This document shows positions 29,698 to 38,887 of a DNA stretch of 64,000 nt, piece by piece. How positions within the stretch are numbered: position 1 is the first letter of the stretch; each line of letters starts with the position of its first letter. Source of the DNA: Chloroflexota bacterium (GTDB lineage: Bacteria; Chloroflexota; UBA11872; VXOZ01); NCBI GenBank assembly GCA_963662335.2, contig CAXXVD010000003.1, forward strand, positions 544,001 to 608,000. The letters are read 5' to 3'. Under the pieces are notes generated by a model, which was not told where the DNA came from, ran no database searches, and worked only from the letters and a program-made list of their open reading frames with translations. Both the position numbers and the translations under genes were made by a program.

Positions 29698-30168
29698 CTA
29701 GTTGGCGAAGAACTGCGTCAGCAAGAAGATCACGATTGCCACCTGCGCGCCCGCGGAGGCGAATATCATCGCTCCCATGCGCACCGTCAGGTCATGCCGC
29801 AGGCGCAACTCCAGCTTTTCCAAGTCGGCCTCGCTCTTCTGCGCCAACGCTTCTATGTCCGCGCTTGTTTTTTGCGCCAACGCTTCCAGGTCCGCTTTCG
29901 TGGCCAGCGCTTCCATTTCAGCGCTGGTCTTCTGCGCCAGCGCTGCTATGTCCGCGCTTGTTTTTTGCGCCAACGCTTCCAGGTCCGCTTTCGTGGCCAG
30001 TGTTTCCATTTCAGCGCTCGTCTTCTGCGCCAACGCTTCCAGGTCCGCTTTCGTGGCCACAGTGTTCTGCCCCACGCCCACCACGCGCACGATTTCCTCG
30101 GCCTGCGCCTCCTCGAAACCCACTCCCTGCAACTGCTTGACCGCTTGGTGAGTATCCGCTATTGCCAT
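29698..30168 (-). CDS. DUF1640/CCDC90-like protein with modular internal repeats
   Basis: DTHQAVKQL..VGFEEAQAE; repeated ATKADLEAL and AQKTSA.. modules; LTVRMGAM TM. Confidence 0.85.
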   Translation of the reverse strand: MAIADTHQAVKQLQGVGFEEAQAEEIVRVVGVGQNTVATKADLEALAQKTSAEMETLATKADLEALAQKTSADIAALAQKTSAEMEALATKADLEALAQKTSADIEALAQKSEADLEKLELRLRHDLTVRMGAMIFASAGAQVAIVIFLLTQFFAN

Positions 30169-30261
30169 CGGCCTCTCTCCTCGTGTGCGCCCGGCGGCTG
30201 CCTGTCACGTCCAGTATACCAGGCATAGGCGCCTACTCCGCAATACTTACACACCAACTTG

Positions 30262-31260
30262 CTAAGGACTTGGCACCGCCAGCGTCTTGCCGGTTTCCGC
30301 CGCCTCAACCGCCTTGAGGCACGCGATGGCGCTGCGCGCGCCCTCGTGGACGTCGCAGAAGAGGGGAGTGTCGTCCAAGAGGCTATCCACCACGCTATCC
30401 ACCTCCGCAGCGTAGCCATCCCGCCCGGTCTGAGGCGGAGAGGGCAGCGGCACCGCCTCGCTTGACCCCTTCCGATGGATTTTGTCCCACACCACGCTCG
30501 CCTTGCTGCCGTGGACTTCCAGGCCGTAGAAGGAGTCGAATATGTAGTTCGACGCCCAACACACCGTGATGCTGCCGGTGGCGCCGGATGCGAAACGGTA
30601 GAGCGCCGTTACCGATTCGTCCCTCGGATTGCCGGGCATCGCCAGGCCCCGGTTCTGCATCGCTTGCACCTCCACCACGTCACCGGCGTACCAGCGCATC
30701 AGGTCAACCGGATGCACGCCCATGGTGAGCATCGGCAGCGAGTAGCTATTGTTCGCCGTTTCCAGGAAACCGGCGCTCCGTTGCATAGCGTTCGTAAGGT
30801 AGTGCGTGCGCAAGGCGTAGAGCCTGCCCAGTTCGCCGGCGTCCACCATCTCCTTGACCACGCGGTAGCGCGGCCGCGTGCGCAGCACGTGCCCCGCAGC
30901 CACGCGGGTCTTAGCGGCATCGGCGCGCTCGACCACTTGCAGGCAGTCTGCGACACTCGTGGCCATGGGCTTTTCCACGAACACGTGCTTGCCGGCGTCC
31001 AGCGCGGCCAGCGTAAAGGGCGCGTGGAGCCTATCCGGCGCGTGGATGGAAACCAGGTCGATCTCGTCGTGGCGCAGCAGCGCCGCAAAGTCCGCGTAGC
31101 CGTGCGCCACGCCGTACTTTGCTTGCAAGCCGTGGCGATGGTCATCGCGCACGTCGCAGACGGCGGCCACTTCCGCCCGCGGGTTGGTGGCGTAGGCGTC
31201 CAGAAAGCGGCCGCCGTTGCCGCCCAGTCCGACAATGCCGACCCGTAGCTTCGCGCTCAC
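30262..31260 (-). CDS. Gfo/Idh/MocA family oxidoreductase
   Basis: VGIVGLG, AGKHVFVEKPMA, HPVDL. Confidence 0.92.
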   Translation of the reverse strand: MSAKLRVGIVGLGGNGGRFLDAYATNPRAEVAAVCDVRDDHRHGLQAKYGVAHGYADFAALLRHDEIDLVSIHAPDRLHAPFTLAALDAGKHVFVEKPMATSVADCLQVVERADAAKTRVAAGHVLRTRPRYRVVKEMVDAGELGRLYALRTHYLTNAMQRSAGFLETANNSYSLPMLTMGVHPVDLMRWYAGDVVEVQAMQNRGLAMPGNPRDESVTALYRFASGATGSITVCWASNYIFDSFYGLEVHGSKASVVWDKIHRKGSSEAVPLPSPPQTGRDGYAAEVDSVVDSLLDDTPLFCDVHEGARSAIACLKAVEAAETGKTLAVPSP

Positions 31261-31331
31261 TTGTCCCTCCTCTTACGCTCCGTGCGCCATCTTCACTACA
31301 ATCGCCGAGTATGTCTCCGGCACGCGCCGCG

Positions 31332-32102
31332 TCAGACGTCGCCGTAGCCCACCGCCGCCAGCCACGCGCGTGCGATGACGGCATGGCCGGGCGTATCGGG
31401 ATGGATGCGGTCCGCCGCCCAGACGTGCGGCGGCTGCGCCTCGATCGCCGCGTCGAATGCCGCCTGCGTGCGCACGAGAATCGCGCTGAACTCCGCTGCC
31501 AGACGGTGCACGACCGCGACGTAGGCATCGATATAGGCACGGAAGTACATCCAGCCGGCAGCCAGCAGCGCGTTGTCTCGCGCGCCGCGGCCGCGCAACT
31601 CGCCGAATTGTCCCTGCACGTCCGCCAGACTCACGCCGGATACCGCCGCCGGCTCGCCCCGCAGCGGCGGCTCGATCACGTAGGGCTCCATCAGAATCAG
31701 CTTGCCGTTGGCGGCGGCCGGCGTCTGCCGGAGCAGCGAGCGGTACGTCGCTTCATATTCGGCAAGCGGCACGTGGTCCGCCAGATTGCCAATGATAAGA
31801 CGCCCCACGTCGTTGATGCCGACCTTCACCGAGAGCCAGTCCGGTTCTTCAGCCAGCACGTCCTCCCGCCAGCGCGCCGCCAGATCGCGTATGGTGTTGC
31901 CGCCAATCCCGCGATTGACGATCGTCAGCCCGTGCGCCGGATACCGCGCGTGCAGCAAACCCCGCGCCAGATTGACGTAGCCCCTGCCGTACGGTCCGTC
32001 TTGCTCCGTGCGCCGCCCGCAGTCGGTGATGCTGTCGCCAATGAAGACGATCTTCTCGCCCGCGCCGAAACACAGTGACTGAATTGGAATATCTCCTTCC
32101 AT
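31332..32102 (-). CDS. SGNH/GDSL hydrolase
   Basis: FIGDSITD, NRGIGGN, GINDV, DRIHP. Confidence 0.9.
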   Translation of the reverse strand: MEGDIPIQSLCFGAGEKIVFIGDSITDCGRRTEQDGPYGRGYVNLARGLLHARYPAHGLTIVNRGIGGNTIRDLAARWREDVLAEEPDWLSVKVGINDVGRLIIGNLADHVPLAEYEATYRSLLRQTPAAANGKLILMEPYVIEPPLRGEPAAVSGVSLADVQGQFGELRGRGARDNALLAAGWMYFRAYIDAYVAVVHRLAAEFSAILVRTQAAFDAAIEAQPPHVWAADRIHPDTPGHAVIARAWLAAVGYGDV

Positions 32103-32425
32103 CTGATGCGCCGTCGCTCACGTGCGCGGCTTCCCGCGCTGAGTGCGGCGCTTGCATCGCTCATCTTCTCTCGGAACGCAGGCTTGCAACCTGCGCCGCT
32201 CCCGTGGGGCGTACACCCTTGCAGACCTAGCGAAGTATGCAGTGGCGCGCCGATTCGCCTAACAGAGACGGCACTGCGGGAGAGGATGGTTTCGGTCGCA
32301 CCGCCGGCACAGTGTCAACGGAAGCGCCTCGCGGCGCAGCATACGTTGCGCTGTATCCCGGCCCGTTGGCTCGGCGGTATTGACGGTGAGTCGTCACGCC
32401 CGTGTTGGGCCGGGCGGACTGTGGC

Positions 32426-33088
32426 CTAAGCCGGCTTTTGGCGCAGGTACATAATGACCAGGCCCAGGGAGCCGATACCCATCAGAAGGCCGTTGTAGGT
32501 TTGCAGGTCGTCGTCGTAACTGGTGAGCAGGATGACGCCGCACACGATGATCAGGTTGAAGCAGACCAGCGTCGCCCTGGAGAGCCAGGGCACAGAGATT
32601 TCGCGCGAAACCGCGTAGACAGCCGGCATGAACGCTCCCACGAAGGAGACAATGTAGAGCAGCAGCACCAGCGGTTGGGCATTGAAGTAGAACAACCCGC
32701 GTTCCGAGAATCCCGGCTCGGATGGCGCGACAAAGGTACGCAACACGAATAGGACAAGCAAATACGCGGCGGCAATGCTCAGCGCCAGATAGCGGTTCTT
32801 GGGCAGCCAAGTGTGAGTCGCTGCGTTTAGAAAGAAGAGATAGCCCGGGAAGAACAGCGCGGCGCCGGCCGAAGTCCACAAGTGCAGGTTTTCCGGGCGA
32901 ATCCAGACAATAGCGGTCCACACGGCAAACGCCGCCGCGGTCCAGGCCAAGCCAATGCCAAACTGCCGGAACACGGGCGCCGGGCTAGTCGCAAACCGCC
33001 ACGCCAGAAAAGCAAAGACGAGAGTGCCAAGGAGGAAGAACCCCACAACGCCATAGTTTGGTGCTCCAGCAGCCACAGATTCTCCCAT
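32426..33088 (-). CDS. Hypothetical integral membrane protein (about 7 TM)
   Basis: Seven hydrophobic stretches; GAGGAGG RBS; no cytoplasmic output domain. Confidence 0.75.
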   Translation of the reverse strand: MGESVAAGAPNYGVVGFFLLGTLVFAFLAWRFATSPAPVFRQFGIGLAWTAAAFAVWTAIVWIRPENLHLWTSAGAALFFPGYLFFLNAATHTWLPKNRYLALSIAAAYLLVLFVLRTFVAPSEPGFSERGLFYFNAQPLVLLLYIVSFVGAFMPAVYAVSREISVPWLSRATLVCFNLIIVCGVILLTSYDDDLQTYNGLLMGIGSLGLVIMYLRQKPA

Positions 33089-33239
33089 TACTGCCTCCTC
33101 AAACGAGGTATTCGGCGTATCCAAGATTATTGGGGATTAGCCCACACACCTTCTTGGCGGCAACGGGACGCCAAACTTGGCGCACCTACTCGTGACAGGG
33201 CGCCAAGCACTCTACGACGTATGTTGTGCCTTCCAGCGA

Positions 33240-33647
33240 CTAGTAGAGGGGGTGGTCCTGTCGCAGCCAATTCACCGGCTCCACCGATTCGGCCGGCCCG
33301 GCGTCGTCCGTCAGGTCCGGCTCGATGTCCGTATCGTCGTAGATGCCTTTTATCTGATTTGATTCAAGCACCTGCATTTCCACCAGGTCGTCGAAGAAGC
33401 GTTCCAGCACCTTATAGCGGTCGTACCATTCTTCAGGGTCATCGAACTTCTCGGCCCACTCCGCGAAGTAGAGCACAACGTCGCGCACCGTAACTTCCTC
33501 GATGGTCTTGCGCACGCACATACAACGGCTGAATTCCTTGAGCCACTTGATGCGTCTGCCCGTCTCCGTCCGCGAGAGTCGCCTTTGATTAGCGAGATAG
33601 GAGGTATATATGCGAAGGACAGAATCAACATCGCTGCTACTGGCCAT
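33240..33647 (-). CDS. Stand-alone tyrosine-recombinase core-binding (SAM-like) domain protein with acidic tail
   Basis: YLANQRRLS...IEEVT.RDV..YF...VLERFFDDLV....LESN pattern resembles the XerC/XerD N-domain; no catalytic domain follows. Confidence 0.6.
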   Translation of the reverse strand: MASSSDVDSVLRIYTSYLANQRRLSRTETGRRIKWLKEFSRCMCVRKTIEEVTVRDVVLYFAEWAEKFDDPEEWYDRYKVLERFFDDLVEMQVLESNQIKGIYDDTDIEPDLTDDAGPAESVEPVNWLRQDHPLY

Positions 33648-33690
33648 CTATTGCCTCCCGGCGCGGTCATGCAAGTGAACGTACCTTTTC

Positions 33691-33720
33691 ATTCTAAGCT
33701 AATTCTAAGCATTCTGTCAA
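33691..33720 (-). promoter_or_regulatory. Sigma70 promoter overlapped by direct repeats
   Basis: TTGACA-18-TAGAAT; ATTCTAAGC repeated at an 11-nt period (33691 and 33702). Confidence 0.6.
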
Positions 33721-33863
33721 CCACGCGCGCAAGATTTCAAACGTTAAGGTAGCGTCGGGGAGAGCGTCGCTTCAGGCGCGGGATGCGTTCCCGCGCCGCC
33801 TATGTCATAGTATGAGGGAAGACCTCGCTCCAGCCCGAAGGTACCTGATGAACCGCAATCGCA

Positions 33864-34994
33864 ATGAGTAACGCCGTGACTCCGCCGGAGAACGCCGACG
33901 CGCCCAAGATGGGGCCGAACGCCGACGCATTCCCACCGCCGGACGGGTTTCGCCTTTCGCAACGCGCCAAGACGATCATCGTACTGAGTCTCGTTGCCGC
34001 TGCGCTCCTGTTCGTATACGGCGTGCGCGCCATCATCTGGCCGTTCATTTGGGCGGCGGTGCTGGCGTATCTGTTGGCGCCGTTGGTCACGTGGCTCTGC
34101 CAGCGCACGCGCCTGCACCGGTTCTGGGTATCGCTGCTGCTCGTGGGCTTCCTGGTTGGCCTCATCGTGCTGCTCTTCGCGTTTGGCTACCCGCCGCTGA
34201 GCCGCGAGCTTGAAGGGCTCCGCCTCAGCCTGCCGAGCATCGTACAGAATCTGGAGAGCACACTTGCCGCGTATTCTCAGATCAATCTCTTTGGCCTGGA
34301 GGGACTGATCGGCCTCTCCGGTGAACGCCTTGCCAGCGCGTTGGACGCCGCCGCCCCCACCCTGGTCGACGCCGTGCTGCACCTTGCATTGAACGTCGTA
34401 GAGCTATTCCTCAAGTTCCTGCTCTGTTTCTTCGCCACGTTCTATCTCCTGTTGGAATCGAACCGCATTGGGGCCTGGGCGCGGCGCATGGTACCCGCGC
34501 CGTACCGCCAGGAACTGGGCGCGCTTGGCGGCCAGGTCGATTACGTGCTCGGCCGCTTCCTGCGCGGCGCGCTCATGCTGGTGGCAATCATGTCGGTCGC
34601 TACCTACATCGGCCTGCGGCTTCTGGGCGTGCCCTATGCGCTGGTGCTGGCGCCGGTAGCCGGCGTGCTGGAGTTGATCCCCCTGGCTGGCCCCTTCCTG
34701 GCGGCCACGCCGGCCGTGCTGCTCGCGTTGGTCTACCCCAGCCCCTACGGGTGGTCGCCCGTGGTAAGCGCGATCGTGGTCGCGCTCATGTATACCGTAC
34801 TCCGCCTGCTCGAGGACTACCTCATCATTCCCAACGTGGTAGGGCGCTACGTGCACCTCAACCCGGTGCTGACGATCTTTGCCATTCTCGCCGGCGGCGC
34901 GTTGTTCGGCGTGTCCGGCATGTTGCTGGCTATCCCGGCGGCGGCAATTCTTCGCATCGTGTTCAACTACCTCTATCTGAAGCTCACTACCTAG
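33864..34994 (+). CDS. AI-2E family transporter
   Basis: PF..A.VLAYLL.P, LELIPLAGP, IPNVVG.YV.LNP, GG.LFG..GMLLAIP. Confidence 0.92.
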   Translation: MSNAVTPPENADAPKMGPNADAFPPPDGFRLSQRAKTIIVLSLVAAALLFVYGVRAIIWPFIWAAVLAYLLAPLVTWLCQRTRLHRFWVSLLLVGFLVGLIVLLFAFGYPPLSRELEGLRLSLPSIVQNLESTLAAYSQINLFGLEGLIGLSGERLASALDAAAPTLVDAVLHLALNVVELFLKFLLCFFATFYLLLESNRIGAWARRMVPAPYRQELGALGGQVDYVLGRFLRGALMLVAIMSVATYIGLRLLGVPYALVLAPVAGVLELIPLAGPFLAATPAVLLALVYPSPYGWSPVVSAIVVALMYTVLRLLEDYLIIPNVVGRYVHLNPVLTIFAILAGGALFGVSGMLLAIPAAAILRIVFNYLYLKLTT

Positions 34995-35007
34995 GCCAGG
35001 CATTCAC

Positions 35008-35544
35008 ATGCGTGTACGGCGCGCGGAACGCAACGACATCGCCGCCTGCGTACGGCTGGACGCTTCCTATCAGACGCAGACCGTGTGGGCTATGGAAACC
35101 CGCTGGGAGGGCAACCGCAAGCTGGCCGGCTTCCAAGCCCGCCGCCTGCCGCGCGTCCTCACGCTGCGGCCGCCGCTCGACCCGGACGAACTGCATGAAG
35201 ACTGGCGCAACGGCGACTTCTTCTTGGTGGCGGAAGAAGACGGCGTGATCCTCGGCTATCTGGACATGGTTACGCCCCGGCGGCTGGGCAGCGGCCTCAT
35301 CCAGGGCGTCGTCGTCCGTCCCGATCTGCGGCGGCGCGGCGTCGGCTCCGCCCTGCTGCGCACCAGCGTGAATTGGGCACGGCACAACCGGCTGCAAGGG
35401 CTCTGCATGGACGTGCAGTCGCGCAACTTCCCGGCGATACAGTTCCTGCAAAAGAACGGCTTTGTTTACAGCGGGTACAATGACCGTTACTATCCAACCC
35501 AAGACGTGGCGCTCTTCTTCGTCCACCGCGTGGGCTCCACCTAG
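35008..35544 (+). CDS. GNAT family N-acetyltransferase
   Basis: VVRPDLRRRGVGSALL, NFPAIQFLQKNGF. Confidence 0.88.
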   Translation: MRVRRAERNDIAACVRLDASYQTQTVWAMETRWEGNRKLAGFQARRLPRVLTLRPPLDPDELHEDWRNGDFFLVAEEDGVILGYLDMVTPRRLGSGLIQGVVVRPDLRRRGVGSALLRTSVNWARHNRLQGLCMDVQSRNFPAIQFLQKNGFVYSGYNDRYYPTQDVALFFVHRVGST

Positions 35545-35963
35545 CGCCATGCCGGATGGATTCTCCAGATGTCTTGGCAAGAGTGGGCTCCGCTCGTATC
35601 CCCTCTTGCTCTGGGAGAGGGAGAGGATGGGTGATCAATACTGTCGCATTAACGTAGCGCGGGGGCTTGTCCCCCACCAGAGCTATTGAAACTGGCACGT
35701 CAAGGATTGACCTAACAGCTTCATAGGTTTCAACCTGCGCTACTGGAGATTTGAGACGCGGGTTTTGCTGCCGCTCTGTCTAATACGACAGCATTGGGAT
35801 GGACGATCGCCAACGCGCTGGCAAGGCATCACCCGCGAGGCTGGGGCGCGGCGCATATGCGCCACTAATTCCGGTGACAGGGGAATGCGAGGCCGCATCG
35901 CGCAAACCCGCGCAAGAAGACCGCGACGCCGCGCTGCAGAAACACGACCAAGGAGCAATACGC

Positions 35964-37286
35964 TTGGTGAATGACGAGAAGACGATCAACATCGGACTGA
36001 TGGGTCTCGGCGTCGTCGGGACCGGCGTCCTCCGCATCCTGCGCGCGAAGGCCCGCGTGCTCGCGCGGGAAACGGGCCGCAGCCTGCGCGTCAAGAAGAT
36101 TCTCGTGCGGGAGAAGGAGAAGGCGCGCGGCGTGGACGTGGAGTCCGCTCTGCTTACCACCAATCCCGACGACATTCTGGACGATCCGAGTATTCACATC
36201 GTGATCGAGTTGATCGGCGGCGTGGAACCGGCCTACACCTACGCCACGCGCGCGCTCCAGGCCGGCAAGCACCTGGTTACCGCCAACAAAGACGTCATGG
36301 CGGCGCACGGGCCGGAACTCCTGCGCCTGGCCAACCGGCAGGGCGTGGACGTCTACTTCGAGGCGAGCGTGGGCGGCGGCATCCCGTTGATTGGCTCGTT
36401 TCGCTCCGACCTGGTGGCCAATGAGATTCGCGAGATCTACGCCATCATCAACGGCACCACCAACTACATCCTCACCCGCATGTCGCGGGAAGGCGCGGCG
36501 CTGCCGGACGTGCTGGCCGAGGCCCAACGCCTGGGTTACGCTGAAGCCGACCCCACCAAAGACGTGGAAGGCATCGACGCCGCATTCAAGCTGGCAATCC
36601 TGGCCTCGCTGGCGTTTCGCGCGGAGGTCGATCCCGCGGCCATCTACCGCGAAGGCATCATGCAACTGGAGCCGGCCGACTTCCGCTACGCCCACGATCT
36701 GGGCTACGTCATCAAGCTGCTGGCGCTCGCCCGTCACGAAAACGGCTGCTACGAAGCGTCGGTGTACCCCGCGCTGGTGCCGCAGGCTGCGCCGCTGGCC
36801 AGCGTTGACGGCGTGTACAATGCGGTGTACGTTGTCGGCGACTTGGTGGGGAACGTGATGTTCTACGGCCGCGGCGCGGGTTCGGAGCCGACGGCCAGCG
36901 CGATCGTGGCCGACGTGATCGACGTGGCGCACAATATCATCAGCCACGTGACCAACCGCATTCCCTACACTATCGACTCCACCAAGGCCATGCGGCCCCT
37001 GGACGAGGTTGAGACCCGGTTCTACTTCCGTTTGTGGGTGAAAGACCGGCCGGGCGTGCTGGCCAAGATCGCGACGGTCTGCGGGGAGAACCACATCAGC
37101 ATCGCTTCGGTCATCCAAAAGGAGACGGACCCGGCCAACCAAACGGCGGAAATCGTAATCACGACCCACCACGCCCGCGAACGCCCGATGCAAGATGCGC
37201 TGCGCGACATCGCGGCCCTGGACGTGGTGGCCAAGGTGGCGGGATTTCTCCGCATTGTGGATCTGGGCGAGACGGCGCGGACGTGA
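35964..37286 (+). CDS. hom: Homoserine dehydrogenase with C-terminal ACT domain
   Basis: GLGVVGTG, VTANK, FEASVGGGIP, INGTTNYIL, GYAEADPT.DVEG, DRPGVLA; start TTG or GTG behind AGGAG. Confidence 0.96.
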   Translation: MVNDEKTINIGLMGLGVVGTGVLRILRAKARVLARETGRSLRVKKILVREKEKARGVDVESALLTTNPDDILDDPSIHIVIELIGGVEPAYTYATRALQAGKHLVTANKDVMAAHGPELLRLANRQGVDVYFEASVGGGIPLIGSFRSDLVANEIREIYAIINGTTNYILTRMSREGAALPDVLAEAQRLGYAEADPTKDVEGIDAAFKLAILASLAFRAEVDPAAIYREGIMQLEPADFRYAHDLGYVIKLLALARHENGCYEASVYPALVPQAAPLASVDGVYNAVYVVGDLVGNVMFYGRGAGSEPTASAIVADVIDVAHNIISHVTNRIPYTIDSTKAMRPLDEVETRFYFRLWVKDRPGVLAKIATVCGENHISIASVIQKETDPANQTAEIVITTHHARERPMQDALRDIAALDVVAKVAGFLRIVDLGETART

Positions 37287-37317
37287 ATGCCGCCGCCTGA
37301 GCGTGCGCAATTCCCCG

Positions 37318-37469
37318 GTAGCGCAGGTTTGTAACCTGCGCCCACCGCCTGCGAGCGGAGAAGATGGATTCCTACCCGTCATTCCGGCGCAAGCCGGAAT
37401 CCATCTTGGCCGCGGGTACCCTGGATTTCGGCTTGCACCGGAATGACGGACAGTTTCCGCAGGAATGAC
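37318..37469. repeat. Cluster of REP-like elements between hom and thrC
   Basis: GTAGCGCAGGTTTGTAACCTGCGC followed by GTCATTCCGGCGCAAGCCGGAATCCA...CCGGAATGAC. Confidence 0.75.
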
Positions 37470-37581
37470 GGGCGAACGGTGTGATAGCCTATGCTCATGG
37501 CACTGCCGCAATTGAGGCATCTGGGAATGCGGAGATGAAGGACTGTATATCGTGGCTTCAGACGCAGGCCCCCTGACGAAG

Positions 37582-38658
37582 ATGGCAAGCAGCACGACTG
37601 ATGCCGCGGGCCGCAACCTGCTGGCGCACTACCGGACGTATCTACCAATTACGGAGCGCACGCCGCTCATTGGCCGGGGCGAGGGTTTCACGCCGCTGGT
37701 GCGCGCCCAGGCTCTGGAAGAGCGCGTGGGCTGCGCGGAGCTCTGGCTGAAGCTGGAAGGCTGCAATCCGACCGGCTCCTTCAAAGACCGGGGCATGGTG
37801 ATGGCGGTGGCCAAGGCGCTGGAGGAAGGCTCCCAGGCCATCATGTGCGCCTCCACCGGCAACACCAGCGCCGCCGCCGCCGCCTATGCCGCCGCCGCGC
37901 AGATAAAAGCGGTGGTGGTGGTGTCCGCCGGCAAGATTGCCCTGGGCAAACTTGCCCAGGCGCTGATCTACGGCGCGGTGGTCATCGGGCTTGACGGCAC
38001 CTTCGACGACGCCCTGCGCATTGTGCGCGAAATCACGGCCCGCAACCCGATTACGGTGGTAAACTCCATCAACCCCTACCGGCTGCAGGGACAGAAGACG
38101 GCCGCCTTCGAATGCAGTGACGCCTTGGGCGACGCGCCGGATATACTCGCCATCCCGGTCGGCAACGCCGGCAACATCACCAGCTATTGGCTGGGCTTCC
38201 GCGAGTACCACCGCGCGGGCAAGACCACCCGCCTGCCGCGCATGTGGGGCTTCGAGGCCGAAGGCGCGGCGGCGATCGTGGAAAACCGTCCCATAGACAA
38301 CCCCGACACCGTCGCCTCTGCCCTGCGCATCGGCAACCCGGCCAACTGGCAGCGCGCCGTGCGCGCCCGCGACGACTCCGGCGGCCTGATCGACACGGTG
38401 AGCGATCCCGAAATCCTGGAGGCCTACCAACTCCTGGCAGCCGGCGAGGGCATCTTTGCCGAACCGGCCTCCGCCGCCTCCATCGCCGGCGTCCTCAAGC
38501 TGGCCGCCGCCGGCGAGGTCACGCCCAGCGACCGCATCGTCTGCGTCCTCACCGGCCACGGCCTGAAAGACCCCCAAATCGCCCTGGACGTGGCAAGCGA
38601 CGTGGTGCCGGCCCCCAATGACGTGCGCGAGATCGAGAAGATACTCGACTTGCGCTAA
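37582..38658 (+). CDS. thrC: Threonine synthase
   Basis: [42 protein letters not shown]. Confidence 0.96.
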   Translation: MASSTTDAAGRNLLAHYRTYLPITERTPLIGRGEGFTPLVRAQALEERVGCAELWLKLEGCNPTGSFKDRGMVMAVAKALEEGSQAIMCASTGNTSAAAAAYAAAAQIKAVVVVSAGKIALGKLAQALIYGAVVIGLDGTFDDALRIVREITARNPITVVNSINPYRLQGQKTAAFECSDALGDAPDILAIPVGNAGNITSYWLGFREYHRAGKTTRLPRMWGFEAEGAAAIVENRPIDNPDTVASALRIGNPANWQRAVRARDDSGGLIDTVSDPEILEAYQLLAAGEGIFAEPASAASIAGVLKLAAAGEVTPSDRIVCVLTGHGLKDPQIALDVASDVVPAPNDVREIEKILDLR

Positions 38659-38814
38659 CCGCAGATGACCTCTTGTAGATCACGTCATGCGCATGCGCAC
38701 TGCGAGGGGTGGGTGGCGAGCGGCACGAGACCTTCCCGCATCAACGTCAAACAGGGCGCACTCCCCGTGTAAACGCAGCGCCACAGGACGTCCGTTCATA
38801 GGAAGCAAAAGCAC

Positions 38815-38864
38815 TTGCAAGCTTGCGCCAGAATACGTATACTATGAAGTGCTATACGTATACT
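38815..38864 (+). promoter_or_regulatory. TA operon promoter with tandem palindromic operators
   Basis: TTGCAA-17-TATACT; ATACGTATACT repeated at 38833 and 38854 (21-nt period, palindromic core ATACGTAT). Confidence 0.7.
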
Positions 38865-38887
38865 CTCTTGGGAGGTAACAGGCCGGA

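Noticed and set aside
29815-30059. CRISPR-like array (also 19250-19350 and 27347-27445)
   Set aside because: Repeats are in-frame coding units without unique spacers, and there are no cas genes
33125-33647. Prophage or integrative element anchored on an integrase
   Set aside because: Only an N-terminal-like domain is present; no catalytic R-H-R-Y domain, att repeats, tRNA target or phage genes nearby
35745-35963. T-box or SAM/lysine riboswitch before hom
   Set aside because: No GGTGG.ACC T-box or SAM-I core motifs recognisable
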